DNA from: Octopus vulgaris
Lineage: Eukaryota
Length of the DNA: 64,000 nt
Reading direction: 5' to 3'
Assembly: GCA_951406725.2 (NCBI GenBank)
Contig: OX597817.1
Span: 33,108,001 to 33,172,000 of the forward strand
Position 1 is the stretch's first letter, and each line of letters starts with the position of its first letter. The notes below the pieces were generated by a model. That model was not told the origin of the DNA, did not search any database, and saw nothing but the letters and a program-made list of their open reading frames with translations. The translations under genes were made by a program, and so were the position numbers. Shown one piece after another: positions 50,885 to 64,000 of this stretch.

Positions 50885-52158
50885 ATTCAGAACATTCGTG
50901 TATAAGCATATTGATATTTATATTGGACTATTTCTGTAGTGTGTCAACAGATGGCAGCATACAGTTGCATGCACAGTGAGAGATAGCAGTGACCTTCATG
51001 AAGCAGTGTGCTGAGTGACTTAACTGTGTTTACTTTGCAAGTTGTGAAATTTGTGTTCTTTAGATCATGTGTATGCTGTAGTCTGTGATTTTGTTATGGA
51101 CAGGAACAAAGAGCCAATGTCAAATTTTGCTTTAAACTTGGGAAGGTTACAGTGACAAGGCAATGGGTCATATACAATGTTTTGAGTGGCAAGGGTGCTT
51201 CAAAAGTGAAAGAATGTCCCTGTAAGATGATGAGCAATTTGAAAGACCTGCCATGAGCGTCACTCCCAGAAATGTGGTATTGTGCATCGAGAATTCATCC
51301 CCCAGGGCCAGAACATCAATTGAGAGTTCTACTGCAACATTTTGAAGCATTTAAGGAAGGACATTTGGTGAAAGCAACCAGATCTATGGATCACGAAGAA
51401 CTAGATTCTTCACCAAGCTCTCCTCACTTGTGAGTTTCTCACCAAAAACATGATATTGTTTCCACACCTGCCCTATTCATCAAATGTGGACTGCCATCTC
51501 TTCTCCCAGATGAAACTGCAGCTCAAAGGTTGCTGTTTTAACACCATTGGCGAAATCCAGTGTGAATTGCTGAAGGTTCTTGACTTGCTTATAGAAAATG
51601 ACTCCCAGGCTAGATTCCAAAAGTGGTAGGAATTCTGAGAACGGTGTATTGCTGTGCAAAGGGATTATTTTGAAGGAGATATCCGCTGTCCTTGAGGAGA
51701 CCTATTGAGTCAAGTACGTCAACACCAACATCAAAATAAAAATCAAATGGAAATTGTAGTTAAGATACCCGTGCCGGTGACACGTAAAAAGCACCATCTG
51801 AATGTGGCAGATGCCAGCGCCACCTGACTGGCATCCATGTCGGTGACACGTAAAAGCACCAGCTGATCATGGCCGTTTGCCAGCCTCCTCTGGCCCCTGT
51901 GCTGATGGCACGTAAAAAACACCCACTACACTCATGGAGTGGTTGGCGTTAGGAAGGGCATCCAGCTGTAGAAACACTGCCAGATCAGACTGGAGCCTGG
52001 TGCAGCCTCCTGGCTTCCCAGACCCCAGTCTAACCATCCAACCCATGCTAGCATGGAAAACAGATGTTAAACGATGATGATGATATTTAAACTTAGGTAA
52101 CTAAGTTATTTTTATTAAGCATAACTAGTCTGGGCGCCTTTTGATATCACTTTGTATT
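50885..52158 (+). mobile_element. Decayed mariner transposon interrupted by an RTE tail
   Basis: EQRANVKFCFKLGK, PQGQNIN-EFYCNILKHLR and PHLPYS...HLFSQMKLQLKG. Ends ...ATCACTTTGTA. Confidence 0.75.
51685..52084 (+). mobile_element. RTE 3'-UTR copy
   Basis: Matches 50508-50843. Confidence 0.85.
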
Positions 52159-53067
52159 TACAGAAAAAATTTACATGGAATACAAAAGAATACAGAAAAC
52201 TAACGGTAGAGGTCATGATATTTCGGGTCCAGTGGTGTTTCTTGGGGCTTGGAATTACATGATAGTTGTAATGTTGGCAGATGGAGTATGCAAAAATTCA
52301 AGGATATGCAACCAGTAGTGGATACCTATAAACACTACTGTAAAGCTGATACAAAACAAACTTTCGTACAGTTTTTCTCCACCAAATTCACTCACAAGGT
52401 GTTGGTGAGCATGGGGCTATAGTAGAAGAAGACACTTGTCCAAGGTGGGACTAAATTTGTTGCTGAGTGGGATTGAACCTGCAAAGCAGTGGGACTGAAC
52501 CTGACACAATGTGGTTGCAAAGTGAGCTTTCTTAACAACACAGCCATGACTGGACCTCTACACGTTTGAACCTATGAACCTATGAACAGCTATGCTTGCA
52601 TCTACGTGCAGCCATGCCTCCAGCTATGATGACGATGACGACGATGATGATGATGATGATTTTTCTGTATTAGAGTGGGTGGAATGGTTTTTGTTGAAGC
52701 AATTGTTTTTACGCTTGAATGCCTCCCTATCATTTAACCACCCAGTTGAAAAGAAATACAAAGAAGAAATAAAACCTGATTTTACTAGTCAGGAGAAAAT
52801 GGAGTCAGTAGATTAATGTACCTTCATTAGGAACACTTAGTTGGTTAGTAGTATTTAGTATCTTACTCTCTTAAACAAATGCATACACACACACAGACAC
52901 ACACACACAGACACACACACAAACAGACATTATTATGTACAAGTATATGTATATTATAAATGGGGTAAACCTTATCTTATATTGAACTCAGTAATAGGAA
53001 CAGGGTAGAAAGATATGTTGATCATACATGAAAAGAATGAATGTGAGTGTCTACTCAAGTTTTGCCT

Positions 53068-53420
<353 letters not shown>

Positions 53421-53423
<3 letters not shown>

Positions 53424-53805
53424 CGTAGGAGTGGCTGTGTGGTAAGTAGCTTGCCTATGAACCAAATGGTTCCGGGTTCAGTCCCACTGCATGGCACCTT
53501 GGGCAAGTGTCTTCTACTATGGCCTCGGGCTGACCAAAGCCTTGTGAGTGGATTTGATATACGGAAACTGAAAGAAGCCTGTCGTATGTATGTGTGTGTA
53601 TATGTTTGTATGTCTGTGTTTGTCCCCGCAACATCGCTTGACAACCGATGCTGGTGTGTTAACGTCCCTGTTACTTAGCAGTTTGGCAAAAGAGAACGAT
53701 ATAATAAGTACTAGGCTTACAAAGAATAAGTCCTGGGGTCGATTTGCTTGATTAAAGGCAGTGCTCCAGTGTAGCCACAGTCAAATGACTGAAACAAGTA
53801 AAAAA

Positions 53806-53806
<1 letters not shown>
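53421..53806 (+). mobile_element. tRNA-derived SINE family B, full length; other copies at 58967-59352(+), 57225-57450(-), 62530-62760(-), 52355-52555(-), 54500-54640(+)
   Basis: GGCGTAGGAGTGGCTGTGTGGTAAG...CCGGGTTCAGTCCC head, central microsatellite, and GGCAGTGCTCCAG...AAATGACTGAAACAAGTAAA tail. Confidence 0.88.
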
Positions 53807-53895
<89 letters not shown>

Positions 53896-54699
53896 CCCAT
53901 GCTAGCATGGAAAGTGGACGTTAAACGATGATGATGATGATGATGATGATATATATATATATATATAAATGTATGTGTATATAATATATTTACAGTTCAT
54001 AAAAGCGTTTTGAATGGATTATGATAAAAAAAAAACATGCCTCTGTACATAATAATACAGTGAATATATTTCTTTAGTAATGGTTAAACATATTACAGTA
54101 AAAATTGTTTTTCAGTATGTCAGTATTTTTTCAGAAGTATGAAACAAAAGATATATAAATTCATAAATGATAATATAATAATAAATACAAACATAACAAA
54201 TACAAACACAGAAGCAACCCCGCTCCTTTATATGACGTTGTTAAGTGGAGAGTGGAAACCAATTGCCATAGACTTAAGCATTAAAAATATAACTACCAAA
54301 ACTGGGATGATTGACAGTTATTTAATATAGACATCAAATACAGGGTGTTACTGTTATAATAGAACATAAATATTATACATTGGATCAATTTCTAAGTAAT
54401 TAACAATCTAAAGCTAATGTATATCAGAAAATAAAATAAAATATGTACAAAGGACAATGACACAAGTATGGCTTGGCGCAAGTGTGGTTTGATGCAGAAA
54501 TGACTGAGTGGTTAGAAAGTTCACTTCCTGAGTTCAGTAGCGCTGTGCAGCACTTTGGGCGAGTATTGCTTTTACTATAGCGCCAGGTTGAAGAAAGCCT
54601 TGTTAGTGGATCTGGTAAGTGGAAACTGGAAATAAGCTCATTGAATCTCTTTCTCTGTCTTTCTCTATGTTCTTGCAGAATGGGGTTGGGATCATCTCA

Positions 54700-55400
54700 G
54701 ATTAGTGGTTTCGGAGGAATCATCACGTTTAAAGCTGACCAGGACCACCAGTGCTTCCCATCACTGGAAATCCTGTGCCAGCCCCTCTGCATCCTCCAAG
54801 GTGATGTCAAGCCCCTGGAAATCTTCCTTAATCATCTCCAGCCATCTAGTGCAGGGCCTTCCAAGGAGCCTCTTCTAGTCCGCAGCTGCTGCATCAAATG
54901 AGAGTTAGGCCCTAGTAGGATGATCTGATGAGAGGTAGAGGAAACGTCCATACCAGCACGTGTGATGGATGCCTATGAGGTGAGAACCTGATGACTGATA
55001 TGTGCATGTACAAAGCTCTTTAACCCTTTCGTTACCAGCCTGGCTGAAACCGGCTCTGGCTCTGTTTTCAAAAGTTTTGAACTAAAATCTTCCACCAAAC
55101 CTTTGTCACAATTTATGTTCTTAACACTAGCTGAATGATAACTAAATTATTTTACTAAATTCTTTGTTATATTTAAAGTAATTGAAAGTAGTACAGAGCA
55201 TCTCAAAATAAATACAGTAACGAAAGGGTTAATGGTCCTCAGGGTTCTGCTAGGGCTGTTGATCCCCTTTGCCAAGAGCTTTAGGGCTTTGTTTCTGTTC
55301 CATAGAGGAGAATATAGAGGACTGATGCATTGTAGATGCAAAGTTTCATATTCAGGAAGATAGAGCTGTGGCACCAAAGAGGCTTCCATAGGGAATGCAT
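54700..55400 (-). pseudogene. Decayed RTE RT C-terminal fragment split by a MITE
   Basis: MKLCIYNASVLYILLYGTET..., WYGRFLYLSSDHPTR and DAEGLAQDFQ-W. Confidence 0.65.
55020..55232. mobile_element. piggyBac-type MITE, copy 2
   Basis: TTAA-CCCTTTCGTTAC...GTAACGAAAGGG-TTAA with a perfect 12-bp TIR. Confidence 0.88.
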
Positions 55401-55972
55401 GACATGCATATGTATATATGTCTGTTTGCATGCATGTATGTGTGTTTGTGTTTGTGCATGTTGTTTGTTTTTCCTTGTCTTAACATCACACAAAGGTTGC
55501 AAATGAGGATCACAACCTTACATGCAGTGTTATTCATTTTTAATCTTCCATAAAGACACATGAAACCCTGAGGAAATATCATTTTGCATGAAAACAGCTG
55601 AAAGGTGGTGATAGGAACAGCATCGGGTCATAGAATATCTACTTCAGTCAATTTCATATAATCTATGCATGCATGTAAATGTGGATATTAATCATTGATA
55701 AAAATAATGATGGTTGTAGAGAATATCAGTGAAAAGCAATTAATATATTAGATGTCTAAATACCAGTTAACTTACATGCATAAAAAATATTCTGAGACTG
55801 ACACATATCCACATAAATTTTTAAGCATACTCAAAGATAAAATTCATTTCAGTCAGCATATTAATAATCTTGGATATATAACAGAAAAAGAGAAGCAAAA
55901 ATTAATTTTGTTATAGTTAGGGATGATCAACTTTTTTCAATAAACATATGCATAGTTGATCTTCACTTTAGC

Positions 55973-56347
55973 TTTATTACCTCTGCCTTAGTGAAAGCAG
56001 AGGTATTGTTTTCAGTTGTGTTTGTTTGTTTGCTTGTCCATAGACAAGATATCTCAAGAACCACTTAATGGATTTGGATGAAACTTTTAGGGATGTTTGG
56101 CCTCGTGACTGGCACAAACTGATTAAATTTTAGGATCAATCCAGTACTGGACAAGAATTCTGGATTATTTTTCCTGTTTTTTTTTTACTTAATTTTTGAG
56201 AGTGGTCGGGTTCATTTTTTAGTATTCTCGTTTGTGAGAGCAGTCGAGTTTATTTCAGATGTTCAATTTTAAAAATCATCTCCAGCTAACCATTGAGAGG
56301 ATGTTGGTGTCACCTTGGTGGAGGTTTGCACTCTCTGAGTGCTTTTG
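55973..56347 (+). mobile_element. Helentron/DINE-1-like non-autonomous element
   Basis: 5' TTATTACCTCTGCC with a local palindrome (GCAGAGGTA), (GTTT)n, 3' subterminal GGTGGAGGT, hairpin GCACTC-TCT-GAGTGC and a T-rich end. Confidence 0.7.
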
Positions 56348-57609
56348 TTATCATTATTATTAGTTTATTTGTTAGTTTTCTTTCATCCCACATTCTGTGA
56401 TCTCTTCAGCAACGTTCAGTCCCTGGGGATCTCCTCTTCTCTTTGGTCTTGTTCTGTATTCCCTTTTGAATAACACTAAAGCGAAGATCAAATAGATTGT
56501 GCATGTGTTTATTGGCAAAAGATGACCATCCCTAAATATAGTAATATCTGTTTTAAAATACAATTTCACATCTGGAATCTTGCAAAGCAAATACATAAAT
56601 GTAGAAAAATAAATGAATAATTATAAAAATTCTCAATGTGCATTAGAATTAAAATTTTAGCAAATATGATCTCACTCCCTGTCAAGAATTATGAAATACA
56701 AAGTAAAGAAATTTTTAACTTTGAGGCCATAATTGTGAGACTTGGAGGTCCTTAAGGGCCACCTGAACTCCTTTTGGTACCAGGATGATTTGTGGGATTA
56801 TGGGTTACCATTTTTTAGATTTTGCATCCAGCCACTGACTCTTCTCAGAAACTAGGATACATCCTGTTATGTGTATGAATTTGAAGCATCACCTTAGTCT
56901 GTTAAGTCATCTAGCTTGATTTTCTGTGCTAGATCCTGTGTATTGTGTTCTCTTTTCTGATGATCTGACTGGAGGGATGGTTTGTGTGGGTTGGCCACAT
57001 ACCACATTGTCATGGAGGATGTGGAAGTACTTTGCAGAGATTGGGACTGACTGGGTCACTGCTCAGAGGGTTGTCCCAGATGACCCATGCAAATACCAAT
57101 ACATGGTGGATGCAGTAATGTGCTGCTATAACATATGACCCCACACTGACCTAACATGAAGTTGTAGTTAGTAAATTTTATATAGAGTGTCTAATATATA
57201 TATATATCTGCACCTGAAATATTCTTTTATTCTTTTATTCGTTTCAGTCATTTGACTGTGACCATACTGGAGCACTTGCCTTTAGTTGAACAAATTGACC
57301 CCAGGACTTACTTTTTGTAAGCCAAGTACTTATTTTATTGGTTGCTTTTGCTGAACTGCTAAGTTATGGGGACATACACACACCAACATCGATTGTCAAA
57401 TGATGGTGGGGGGACAAACACTGACACACAAACACACACACACACAAGCATATATATATATATATTTAGGTTATGAGAGGTAATGGTGTCAAGAAAACCC
57501 AAAGGTGTCAGGTAAAGCTGACTAAGTGCTATGAACAGACTATAGTTAAGCTTCAGGTTTGGAGATTATGCAAATGAGGAGCCCAAAATATGTCATATGT
57601 CAGCATGTG

Positions 57610-58929
57610 TATATATAAAAAAAATTACAGAGTGAGATAAAAATCCATGGCTGTCAAGATTTCAGAACATTTATAAATAGGTCTTACAGCTGTTTCCAGG
57701 ATATTTTATATTGGAGATGGGGCAAGAAAATGGTTAAGCAATAGTTATTCTAGATAAGATATGACATAAAGAGTGAAATGGAGGAATGAAAATAGACGTG
57801 AGATATGCAGGGATATTGTATCAGTTCCATTATTTAGGCAGAATGGTATACATAAAAGATACCTTTACGTTGTGATTAAGTTCCAGTAGTATTTAAAATT
57901 GGTCATTCCAAGCATAGAGTTTGTAAATGATGTTATTGAATCAAAGGTTTTTTTTGAAGTGACTTAAAAGTTTGTAAGGTCACATCAAAAACAGGAAGAG
58001 AGTAAAAAAAGAAAAGAAAAAAGAAAGGCAGGGAGAGAGATAATAGACAAATGAAGAGAGGGACAATGTGCTGGTTAGTGGTCAGTCAGGATAAATTGAC
58101 AGATGGAATGTGGAGGTGAGGGTGATAGATGATAGAGAGAGAAAGATATGAGAATGTAAAGAGATGAGAGTATAAAGAGATGAGAGTGTAAAGAGTAAAA
58201 GAGTGTCAGGTAGAAGGAATGGGGGTGAGTGTGACAGAGAGAGAATGATATGAGTGTAAAAAGATGAGAGGGTAAATAGTAAAGAAGTGTCAGGTATGTA
58301 GTGACAGAGCCTAAGTGAGGGGCAGAGAGAGGGGGTAGGGGTAGGAAAATGGTGGAATGAAGAATTTGGGAATATAGGTTAGGTTACTTAGAGGACAGGT
58401 CAGTGCTTAGTAGTAGAAGAATATACATATGTGAAGATGCATACACATGCATATAGATATTTATACACAAAACACCTGCACATACAACACATACTCATAT
58501 CTATATGTACATACACACACCCATATATACATGTATCTGTATGTATTATCACCCCTACACATGCAGGTATATATAGCTTGCATACATACACACACACATA
58601 CATACACGTACATACGTATGCATGCATATACATACACATACGATTAAATGATTGTGATATTCAAGTATGAAAGAGGAATTAAATAGAGATTAGGAGTTGA
58701 AATGTAGATTTATAAGGTTATTGGGATTTACCTAAGGGGTATTATGGAAATATACTGTATGGTCATTTAGGCATTTGGATTTGTTGTAGAATTTGAATGT
58801 GTGAAAAAAGTGGTGGTTGCATGTGCTTAGTATCTCATTATGTTTATTTAGCAGTGTTGGGGAGTTGTGCTTTAATATGTGAAGTGCCTCCTTCAGGCAA
58901 AGCTTGCAGGTTGAGCGTTGACCTCGGGT

Positions 58930-58930
<1 letters not shown>
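57610..58930 (-). mobile_element. Penelope-like element 3' remnant (GIY-YIG C-terminus + pLTR-like region)
   Basis: Minus strand 58930-58780 reads CKLCLKEALHILKHNSPTLL/N...EILSTCNHHFF, resembling PLE endonuclease ends. The hammerhead remnant GAAACAGCTGTAAGAC lies at 57696-57681. Confidence 0.6.
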
Positions 58931-58969
<39 letters not shown>

Positions 58970-60202
58970 TGCAGGAGTGGCTGTGTGGTAAGTAGCTTAC
59001 TTCTAACTACATGGTTCTGAGTTCAGTCCCACTATGTGGTACCTTTGGCAAGTTCTTCTGCTACAGTCTTGGACCAACCAAAACCTTGTGAGTGGACTTG
59101 GTAGATGGAAACTGAAAGAAGCCTGTTTTATATATATGTGTGTGTGTATGTGTGTTTGCACACCCCCACAATCACTTGACAACCAATGTTGGTGTGTTTA
59201 TGTCCCTGTAACTTAGTGGATCGGCAAAAGAGACTGATACAATAAGTACTAGGCTTACAAAGAATAAATCCTGGGGTTGATTTGTTCGACTAAAGGCGGT
59301 GCTCCAGCATGGCTGCAGTCAAGATGACTGAAATGAATAAAAGAATAAAAGAACACACACACACACATGAGAAAATTGTGAGTTCTATACCCAACAGTGC
59401 CTTGTGTCCTTGAGCAAGACACTTTATTTCATGTTGCTCCAGTCCTCTTAGCTGTATTTCAAAGCTCCAGCTATGACACACCTTGTGTCATGCTGAATGT
59501 CCCTGAGCAAGAACAACGTTAAGGATATGCATGTTGCCACTTGTGTATTAATTTCACCAGCAAGCTGCTCTGTTGATCAGATCAACTGTGACATTTGTTG
59601 TCATAACTGAAGGAGTGCCAGTCATATATAATAGACTGATGAATAGATACACTCACACACACACATTTATATATACATGTATGTATATATATGCAACGGC
59701 TGGTTCTTCGTTGCAGTCGAGGGTCACCAATTGTAATGCTTGTTGTTAAGGTGTTGGTTGCCAGTATGTAAGATGGAAGAAGAACAGTGATCGAAGTTGT
59801 AAAGAAATATTTATTTACCATTACTTTGCATATATCCAAAACCATGATGGGTTGGTATGTATAATTAGTAAATGGAAAAGTATGTGAGGTAAAAAGAGTT
59901 AATTTCGGCTGGTATGTGTGTACATGTTCTCATAATAGTATATGGAGAGAGATATGGTAACATTACAGAGAAAAGGAAGTGAGTTAGTGAAAGTGAAAGT
60001 CGTGGGATGAAACAACTGCTTCGTTGGTGAGTTACCATAGTTGTCCCTTTGTGCCTTTTCCTTCAGAGATGACATTTTGTTCATCGAAAAATACCTTAGG
60101 AACGAGAACCCAGGCTTGAAATTCTCCCTAAGACACCTAAAGAAGGCTGGTTTTATATATCAAAACTGAATTATGGCGGATGGACATATTGTTGAAAACA
60201 AT

Positions 60203-60372
60203 AGGTATTTCGTCTGCGTTACGTTGTGAGTTCAACTTTGCCTTTCATCCTTTCGGGGTCGATAAATTAAGTACCAGTTCAACACTGGGGTCGATGTAAT
60301 CGACTTAATACCTACGTCTGTCCTTGTTTGTCCCCTCTGTGTTTAGCCCCTTGTGGGTAATAAAGAAATAGG
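60203..60372 (+). mobile_element. 5'-truncated SINE family A
   Basis: Body and tail match. AATAGGTAT occurs at both ends. Confidence 0.85.
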
Positions 60373-60863
60373 TATATCAGCTGAAATGTTGTGTTAAAAG
60401 CATACACAGTGAGGACATTGAATGTAAATAATGTATCAGGAGTATTGTTGGCCAATTTTGAGAAGCATAAAACTTTTAAAGGATGCAATGTTCTGACAAC
60501 CCTCTTCACTTTGTTCACATTTCTATCTTTTTTTTTATTTTATTCTGTGCACTGTGCATGGCTTCCATTGCTTCCTTTCTATACTTGACCTACTGCTGCT
60601 TTCTGCCCCCTCTTTTACCCTGTTCCACTGAGTTGTAGTGCATGCACTTGAGCACTGTATACAATAAACTGATTATTACAAAACCGTTAGCATGATGAAC
60701 AAAATGCTGAACATGATTAACAGATACTGTGGTGGTTAACTTTGCTTTTCACCCTTTCAGCGTTGATAAAAATAAATATCTGTTGAGCACTGGAGTTGAT
60801 GTAATTGACTGGCCCTTCCCCCAAAATTTCAGGCCTTGTGCCTATATTTGAAAGAATTGTTAA

Positions 60864-61244
60864 TCTATATATATAAAGCTGAAGTTGTCTGTGTGTGGCA
60901 GGTTTGGTAGCCTTCAACTAACACTATCTCCTCTGAGACCCTGCAGAGCAAGTTGACCAAAATTGAGAGTATGATAGAAGAAGGCTTCCGTAGAAGATAA
61001 AATTCAAATCAGACCATGTTAACACCAAAAATTATTTACATCAAAAGGTGCTTTTTTTCTATGAAAATCCCTATTTTTTACGATTTTTTGACTGCTGTGT
61101 CGGCATTTTCCGGTGTACTTCAACCAGAAAAATGTTCACTTAAAAAGAATAACAAGCTACATAATACAAAATTTTCACTTTTCAAAAATTCCAATTCTAA
61201 AGGGTCGAAACAAACCCGAGCAATGCCGGGGGCGATACTGCTAG
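60864..61244 (+). mobile_element. Non-autonomous Helitron
   Basis: A|TCTATATATATAAAGCTGAAGTTGT...CAAACCCGAGCAATGCCGGG...GCGATACTGCTAG|T. Ends are shared with the 48043 element. Confidence 0.85.
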
Positions 61245-61297
61245 TTTTAATTAAATGCAAACTGCAGAGTTATTCCCTAATTTTTTTTTTGATTTAT

Positions 61298-61487
61298 CGG
61301 CACGTAAAAAGCACCCACTACACTCACGGAGTGGTTGGCGTTAGGAAGGGCATCCAGCTGTAGAAACATTACCAGATAAGACTGGAGCCTGGTGCAGCCT
61401 TCTGGCTTCCCAGATCCCCGGTCGAACCGTCCAACCCATGCTAGCATGGAGAACGGACGTTAAACGATGATGATGATGATGATGATG
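61298..61487 (+). mobile_element. RTE 3'-tail copy
   Basis: Matches the 3' ~190 bp of the 50044 element with a (GAT)n tail. Confidence 0.85.
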
Positions 61488-61756
61488 TTCATTTATAAAA
61501 TGAATGGACTCATCAATAAGAGGGTAACTTTAAATAATTAAAATGTCTTAGCTTGCTACATCAAATATACTAGCCATTACTTTACCGTAATAATAACTGT
61601 AACTTCTTTTCTATGTGCAGTGTGTTAAATTTTTGGGGAAAAGAGCAATAAAATTGTTTGACATTCTTGTTTCTCTCAGGTGTTTAACCTAAAAGTGAAA
61701 CTAGGTCATAGAAATCATCTTGTGCAAATGCTTTCAGTAGTAACAACAACAACAGC

Positions 61757-61809
<53 letters not shown>

Positions 61810-62355
61810 TAATAATAACAATTTGATCCAAATACTGCAATAGGTTAAAGGACAAACTACATGAAATAATTATTGCAATTTGAAGCTGCTGGAAGTTATT
61901 TTGATAAATCTGTCTGCTATTGGTATGATTCAACTGTGTACCTCTATAATTCCTGTCATCCTATTGTTTAGTCTGAGTTGTCGTACTGACATTTTAACAC
62001 TAATCTCTATTGAAGTAACTGTTTGATCTGTCTTGGTACATTTGCATGTAAGTATGTGTAAATTAACGCATGTGTGAGTATATTAATATGCTTCCTAGTT
62101 TTAATACTTGTAGTAAGTAGTTTTATGATATTAATTTCTCAAACAACTACATTTTCTAAATTAAACCTATATGTTATATTTCATTTATTGTTTTATATCT
62201 TCTCAATACAAAGAAATTAAAAAGAAATATTATTTATATTATTCTTGCATTTAGGGATGGTCATACTGCCAGTTTAGCCAATAAAAATACTCGCACTATA
62301 TATTTGGTGTTAATTTGCTTCAGCTTTATTCTGTTTTATACATTAATCTTATTTT

Positions 62356-62400
62356 GGCCAGAGTTCTTTCGTCACACTTCTGTGACCTCATCAGTGGTCC
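62356..62400 (-). ncRNA. Minimal type I hammerhead ribozyme (second family)
   Basis: Minus strand GGACCA-CTGATGA-G-GTCACA(GAAG)TGTGAC-GAAA-GAAC-TC|TGGCC. Perfect 6-bp stem II, stem I CCA/TGG(+), 2-bp stem III and a CUC site. AATAAA lies downstream on the same strand. Confidence 0.75.
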
Positions 62401-62789
62401 TTTGCTTTCTTCTTTCTTATTTGTGTGTCTCTCCTTACTAACGATCAGCCATTTTGTATTATTTATATTAATTTATTTTGTAATTATTTATTTTGCAATT
62501 ATTTTGTATTATTTATATTAATTTATGTCTTTATTCTTTTATTCTTTTACTTGTTTCAGGTGTTTGAATGCGGTCATGCTGGAGTACTGCCTTAAAGGGT
62601 TATACTCGAAGAAATCAACACAAGGACCTTTTTTATGTAAGCCTAGTGCTTATTCTATTGGTCTAATTTGTCAAACTGCTAAGTTGCAGGGACATAAATA
62701 CACAAGCATTGGTTGTCAAGTGATGGTGGGAGAGGGGGGCAAACACAGACACACACACATGAATATATGCACATACATACATACATGGT

Positions 62790-63217
62790 TTCTACAGCTG
62801 GATACACTTCCTAACGCCGACAACTCCAAGAGTGTAATAGGTGCTTTTACGTGCTACCAGCATAGGTACCATTTGTCTGACACCAGTATTTGCCATGACT
62901 GCAATTTTGCTCGGCTTGATGGGTCTTCTTCTCAAGCACAACATAATGCCAAAGGTGTCAGTCATTGCCTCCATGAGGCCCAACACTTGAAAGGAGCTCA
63001 GTGAGGGCCAACATTCAAAAGGTGCTTTTTACATGCCACTGGCATAGGTGCCAGTTATGTGACACCAGCATTGGTCACAACTACAATTTCACTTGGCTTG
63101 ATGGATTTTCTCAAGCACAGCATATTGCCAAAGGTCTCAGTCAATAGTCATTGCCACTGTGAGGCTTAAAATTCAAAGATCATGCTTCACCACTTCATCT
63201 CATGTCTCCCTGGGTCT
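62790..63217 (-). mobile_element. RTE 3' end (RPRETWDEVVKHDL-like + UTR variant)
   Basis: Reverse homologue of 24425-24812 plus the RT terminal codons. Confidence 0.7.
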
Positions 63218-63299
63218 CTTAGGTTCCTTGGCAGGATGTTAAACAGTTGTGGTCCCCTAAAACCCGAGCTGTTGCAATACTGGGTCCTTATCTCAGATG

Positions 63300-63825
63300 A
63301 AGAAGATGGTATCTTTGGTAGTATGCAATGCTATCCAGTTTGGTGGTTGGTATAGCTTTTAATTCCAAAGTGGGGAGCTAGACCATCCAGGATCTTCCAT
63401 ATATATATCACTGCATACCTTTTTCACCTTCTCTCCAGACAGTAGAGCTTCAGTTCTTGTAGTCTCTCCCAGCAGTTCATCTGTTTCACTGAGCCAATCT
63501 TCTCTATGTAGTGATGCTAGATTGCCTCAAATTCTGCCATAAATTTGATGCTCTGTGGTGACCATAGTTGGAAGTAGTAATCCAGATGACTGTGGACAAA
63601 TGTCCTCCATAAGAGTAGCAAGGTAACCTTATTTCTGGTTCTGAATGATATAAGGATCCATCCAGCTATTTGCCTGCACAGTGTTACCATCTTGGCAATA
63701 TGCACATGAATTGTTGCATCACTACTTATTTGTATTGAAATATGAATTATACCCATCATCAAAGTAATGAGTTGAGCCATTTTGAACACTACAACTCATG
63801 TGGTCATCAGTGAAGTAGCCGGAGG
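63300..63825 (-). pseudogene. Decayed CR1/L2-type RT C-terminal fragment
   Basis: YFTDDH, then CRQIAGWILISFRTRNKVTLLLLWRTFVHSHLDYYFQLWSP...EAI. Confidence 0.8.
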
Positions 63826-64000
63826 CAGATTACAAGTCTGAGGACTCCATGGATATTGTTATGAACATTGTAATGTTCATGAAAGAACCAGTCATCCAAG
63901 TGGTGCACTGTCTTGCATATTTGCAGTGCATAGCAGTCTTTGTATACTAAGCAGCATATTAAATATGAAAAGTTGCCAATAAATTGGTTGGTGCCATTGA

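Noticed and set aside
54917-54952. CTGATGA...GAAACGTC hammerhead-like string
   Set aside because: The intervening GAGGTAGAG cannot form stem II, and the sequence is the antisense of an RTE RT coding remnant.

Overview
AT-rich, repeat-dense animal genomic DNA. The SINE repertoire and (TA)n/(CA)n density point to an octopus (coleoid cephalopod); this is an inference. The first ~24 kb (+ strand) holds the 3' end of a PDZ-GEF gene (RAPGEF2/6, dizzy-like): three phase-1 exons, two with LPxY motifs and one a likely 69-nt cassette, then a terminal exon ending EEQVSAV* and a probable multi-kb 3' UTR. The remaining 40 kb is nested mobile DNA. It includes an apparently full-length CR1/L2-type LINE (PHD-like/polyQ ORF1, APE-RT ORF2, 10-bp TSD), a decayed Helitron with both ends, non-autonomous Helitrons and a Helentron-like element, hAT and mariner remnants, piggyBac-type MITEs, RTE fragments, Penelope-like pieces and many tRNA-derived SINEs. 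The most interesting signals are: (i) two intact-core minimal hammerhead ribozymes plus decayed relatives, one inside a short element with a tRNA-like B-box head; (ii) an in-frame G_GGA_AAC slippery site at the LINE ORF1 stop that would join ORF1 to an ATG-less ORF2 by -1 frameshifting; (iii) a tRNA-Ala 3'-half/SINE-tail chimera; (iv) splicing-regulatory motif clusters around the RAPGEF C-terminal exons. All calls were read by eye; no searches were run.
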